Positions 60,930 through 64,000 of a stretch of 64,000 bases of DNA are shown here, piece by piece. The stretch is from an uncultured cyanobacterium (GTDB lineage Bacteria > Cyanobacteriota > Cyanobacteriia > PCC-9006 > JAAUQQ01). Numbering within the stretch: the first letter of the stretch is position 1; every line of letters starts with the position of its first letter. The notes under the pieces were generated by a model. It made no database searches. It saw nothing but the letters and a program-made list of their open reading frames with translations, and was not told where the DNA came from. The stretch is taken from the NCBI GenBank assembly GCA_963718615.1, contig OY970368.1, positions 3,200,001 through 3,264,000 on the forward strand, in the 5' to 3' direction. A program made the position numbers and the translations under genes.

Positions 60930-62251
60930 TCCCAATTCCCGCCCAGCGGTTCTATGGGCTTCTGGGATTGGGGATGGCGATCGCCCTCCTCTTGGCGACG
61001 CTAGTATCCGGCTCCCTGTCCTTGGCGCTAGCGTTCTTGGTGCTTTGGGATCTGGCGATCGCCCTGCTGACGCTTCTCGATAGCCGCCGGGTCCAGCGGG
61101 TTGACGTCACTCGTCTTCTGGAGCCCCGGCTCTCCATTGGTCGAGAAAACACCGTCACGCTCCAGGTGAAAACGGGGAAAACGCCAGCGATCATTCAATT
61201 GGCCGATCACCATCCCAGGGATATTGCCGCCACTGCCCTTCCCCTGCGGCTGGCAATCCCTGCCCAGAGCCTAGAGCTTGTCTCCTATAGCGTGACGCCC
61301 CGCGTTCGCTGCGAACTCTCCTGGGGCCATATTCAGGTCCGTCAGTTGGGGCCATGGCAGTTGGCTTGGCATCCCTGGTCCATTGACCAACCCCAAACCA
61401 CCAAGGTCTATCCTGATTTGGTCGCCCTGCGAGAACTCACCATCCGTTTGGCCCTGGAGTCCTCCGGCTCCCTCCGCACCAAACTCCGCCGGGGTATGGG
61501 AACCGAATTTTCCGAATTGCGCGAATATGCCAGCGGCGACGATCCTCGCCTGATTGACTGGAAAGCCACGGCCCGTCGGGGGCGTCCCTTGGTGCGGGTG
61601 CTAGAACCCGAGCAGGAGCAGTCAGTTTTAATTTTGCTCGATCGCGGTCGTTTAATGACAGCCCAGGTCATGGGGCTCCAGCGATTTGATTGGGGGGTGA
61701 ATGCGGCATTATCCTTGGCGTTGGCGGCGTTGCATCGGGGCGATCGCGTCGGTTTAGGGGTCTTCGATCGCAAAATGCACCTCTGGATCCCCCCCGATCG
61801 AGGCACCCAACATTTGCCGCAGATCCTAGAGCGGCTCAGTCCCATTCAGCCTGTTCTTCAAGAACCCGACTATTTGGGAGCCGTTGGCACCCTCATCCGC
61901 CAACAGACCCGACGAGCCCTGGTGGTTCTGATTACCGATATCGTCGATGTCACCGCCTCGGGGGAATTGCTCGGAGCCCTCGGTCGTCTCAGCCCCCGCT
62001 ATTTACCGTTTTGTGTCACCTTGCGGGATCCCCAACTGGATCGATTGGCGGCACGCCAAGACGAAACCAGGGCAACAGAAATTGACCAAGCGTTTCGCCG
62101 TTCCGTCGCCTTAGATTTACTCAACCAACGACAGCTTGCCTTTGCTCAGCTCAAGCAGCAAGGGGTTTTGGTTTTAGATGCACCTGCCTCCTCGATCAGC
62201 AATCGGCTGGTGGATGAATATCTGCGCATCAAGCGTCGTAATCGCCTCTAG
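60926..62251 (+). CDS. DUF58 (vWA-like) MoxR partner protein
   Basis: 'GTEFSELREY..GDD.R.IDWKATAR', 'LLDRGRLM', 'GDRVGL'. Confidence 0.92.
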   Translation: MIPIPAQRFYGLLGLGMAIALLLATLVSGSLSLALAFLVLWDLAIALLTLLDSRRVQRVDVTRLLEPRLSIGRENTVTLQVKTGKTPAIIQLADHHPRDIAATALPLRLAIPAQSLELVSYSVTPRVRCELSWGHIQVRQLGPWQLAWHPWSIDQPQTTKVYPDLVALRELTIRLALESSGSLRTKLRRGMGTEFSELREYASGDDPRLIDWKATARRGRPLVRVLEPEQEQSVLILLDRGRLMTAQVMGLQRFDWGVNAALSLALAALHRGDRVGLGVFDRKMHLWIPPDRGTQHLPQILERLSPIQPVLQEPDYLGAVGTLIRQQTRRALVVLITDIVDVTASGELLGALGRLSPRYLPFCVTLRDPQLDRLAARQDETRATEIDQAFRRSVALDLLNQRQLAFAQLKQQGVLVLDAPASSISNRLVDEYLRIKRRNRL

Positions 62252-62343
62252 AATTCGTTAAAGCTCCTGAAGGGAATCCGTTAAAGTGAAAAGGGGGCGT
62301 CCTTGGACGTTTTCAGAACATCACTCGTTTTACCCACAATCCT

Positions 62344-63888
62344 ATGGCGGCAGAGAACGTAACCACGCTCTTAATCAGTCTGATTGCCCTCGGCACCCTT
62401 GTCTGGGGCTATTTCCGTAGCCGCGCCTTTGGCAAACTGGGGATGCTAGCTTGGCTTCAATCCGTTTTATTGATGGCTCCCTGGCTGCTGTTTTTCGGTT
62501 TGTTTGCTCTTGGCATTTATCTCAATTTCGTGGCGGTTCTGCTACTGTTTGTCGTGGCCACGGGGGTTTATATCTACCTGGGCCGAAAAATGCGAGATCT
62601 GGGTCAAAACGAGCTGATTCGCCAACGCTTAGAACGCATGTTGGAGCAATCCAATGAAACCTCAGGGACAGAGAACGGCAGTTCCACCCCCGGTGATGCT
62701 TCCTCAGACCCAGGCCGAGACTCAGGCCGCAGCTTCGACCTGCCTGAGGTCCATCCCATTCCCAGCGAAGATCTCAAAGCCATTCAAGGCATCTTTGGAA
62801 TTGATACCTTTTTTGCCACAGAAACCATTCCCTACCAAGAAGGGGCCATCTTTAAAGGGAATCTCCGAGGCGAACCCGAAGAAACCCTCGCTCGCCTAGA
62901 AAAAAGCTTGCAGGACCGCCTTCAGGATCGCTATCGTCTCTATCTGATTCATGGCCCTGAAGACCGTCCGGTCGTCGTCATCCTGCCCACCCGCAGCGAG
63001 CCCAAACCCGCAACCCTTGGCCAATGGGTCCTTGCGGGGGCGCTTGCCTTGGCGACGGTGGTAACCGCGCTGGAGCGGGCGGGTCTCCAATACAACTTTG
63101 AAATTTTTGAACAACCCAGCCGCTGGGCTGAAACCCTGCCGATTGGTCTCTGTCTTCTCCTCGTCCTCGCCGCTCACGAAGCAGGCCATTGGTGGATGGC
63201 CCGTCGGCATGGGGCACGGTTAGGGCCTTCGTTTTTGATTCCGGCTTGGCAGTTGGGGTCCTTTGGAGCCATTACTCGCATTGAGTCGGTCCTAGCCAAT
63301 CGCACGGCGCTTTTTGATATTGCCTTTGCGGGGCCAGCGGCGGGCGGTTTGCTGTCTCTGCTGTTTCTGGTGGTGGGTCTGTTTCTCTCTCCCCAGGCCG
63401 GGAGCGTGCCGCTGCCTTCGGAGGTTCTCCAGGGATCATTGCTGGTCGGAACGTTAGCTCGCACGATTTTGGGCCACAATTTGCAAGACTTGACGATTCA
63501 AATTCATCCCTTTGTAGTGGTGGGTTGGTTAGGCTTGGTGATTACGGCACTCAATCTGATTCCCGCCGGTCAACTGGATGGCGGGCGTTTGATTCAGGCC
63601 GTCTATGGGCGGAAGATGGCGGGCCGCACCACCTTTGTGAGTTTGGTGGGATTAGCGATTTTTTCCTTGGCCAATCCGGTGGCGCTGTACTGGTCGATTG
63701 TGGTGTTGTTCTTGCAGCGGCAACCGGAGCGGCCCAGCCAAAATGAGCTGACGGAACCGGATGATACCCGAGCGGCATTGTGTTTATTGGCCTTGTTTTT
63801 GATGTTGACGGTGTTGCTACCCCTGTCGCCGGGATTGGCGGGGCGGTTGGGGATTGGCACGGAGGCTCCGCAGTTGCTGCCCTTTTAG
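62344..63888 (+). CDS. site-2 protease (M50, EGY-like)
   Basis: 'AHEAGH' and 'LNLIPAGQLDGGR' motifs, multiple TMs. Confidence 0.93.
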   Translation: MAAENVTTLLISLIALGTLVWGYFRSRAFGKLGMLAWLQSVLLMAPWLLFFGLFALGIYLNFVAVLLLFVVATGVYIYLGRKMRDLGQNELIRQRLERMLEQSNETSGTENGSSTPGDASSDPGRDSGRSFDLPEVHPIPSEDLKAIQGIFGIDTFFATETIPYQEGAIFKGNLRGEPEETLARLEKSLQDRLQDRYRLYLIHGPEDRPVVVILPTRSEPKPATLGQWVLAGALALATVVTALERAGLQYNFEIFEQPSRWAETLPIGLCLLLVLAAHEAGHWWMARRHGARLGPSFLIPAWQLGSFGAITRIESVLANRTALFDIAFAGPAAGGLLSLLFLVVGLFLSPQAGSVPLPSEVLQGSLLVGTLARTILGHNLQDLTIQIHPFVVVGWLGLVITALNLIPAGQLDGGRLIQAVYGRKMAGRTTFVSLVGLAIFSLANPVALYWSIVVLFLQRQPERPSQNELTEPDDTRAALCLLALFLMLTVLLPLSPGLAGRLGIGTEAPQLLPF

Positions 63889-63909
63889 CGAGGGGCTTAG
63901 GGGCTGGGG

Positions 63910-64000
63910 CTAACTCTTTACGATCGTCACGGTTCCTGTGGTTCCATCGAGCCTCACCCGCTGTCCCTCCCGAAGCCTTTGGGTTGCCTGGGTAAGGTCC
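63910..64000 (-). CDS. C-terminus (partial) of a PEP-utilizing enzyme mobile-domain protein
   Basis: Manual translation DLTQATQRLREGQRVRLDGTTGTVTIVKS*; runs off the window edge. Confidence 0.7.
   Translation of the reverse strand, partial: DLTQATQRLREGQRVRLDGTTGTVTIVKS

Larger units (their letters stand above)
1..64000. repeat. HIP1 octamer GCGATCGC dispersed through core regions
   Basis: Dozens of copies (e.g. 24, 457, 1348, 3002); diagnostic of cyanobacteria; not seen in the 30-38.6 kb island. Confidence 0.95.

Overview
A 64 kb chromosomal segment of a cyanobacterium. HIP1 GCGATCGC octamers are dense, and the window carries acsF, a bvdR-like gene, the PSII S4-domain gene and DUF3038/DUF4335/DUF4079/DUF2811 genes. 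Most of it is core housekeeping: mlaD-like, Na+/H+ antiporter, mscS, purH, pepN, tRNA-His, codA, ispE, queA, serA, prmA, rfbB, ferritin, GH15, moxR-DUF58 and a site-2 protease. Four regions stand out. (1) 22.1-25.6 kb: a lipoprotein made almost entirely of xNPCA[A/G]K heptads is transcribed divergently from a cysteine-dioxygenase-like cupin, sensor kinase and OmpR regulator. The shared promoter has two mirror-image arrays of TCAG boxes phased at 11 bp. (2) 30.3-38.6 kb: an AT-rich, HIP1-free island holds decayed toxin-antitoxin genes and a complete IS21 with a 6-bp target duplication. It also holds integron-like gene cassettes (attC-like core sites, no integrase in the window) encoding a stand-alone RibD-like deaminase and a degenerate DEDD-exonuclease-fold membrane protein, and it ends in an unexplained direct-repeat array. 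(3) 50.1-52.8 kb: two unrelated secreted proteins both end in the identical motif QGMW-stop, a candidate C-terminal sorting or docking signal. (4) 58.0-58.5 kb: a helically phased DnaA-box cluster with an adjacent AT-rich tract is a candidate oriC beside DUF2811, with no dnaA or dnaN nearby. All family assignments come from reading motifs by eye; no searches were run.
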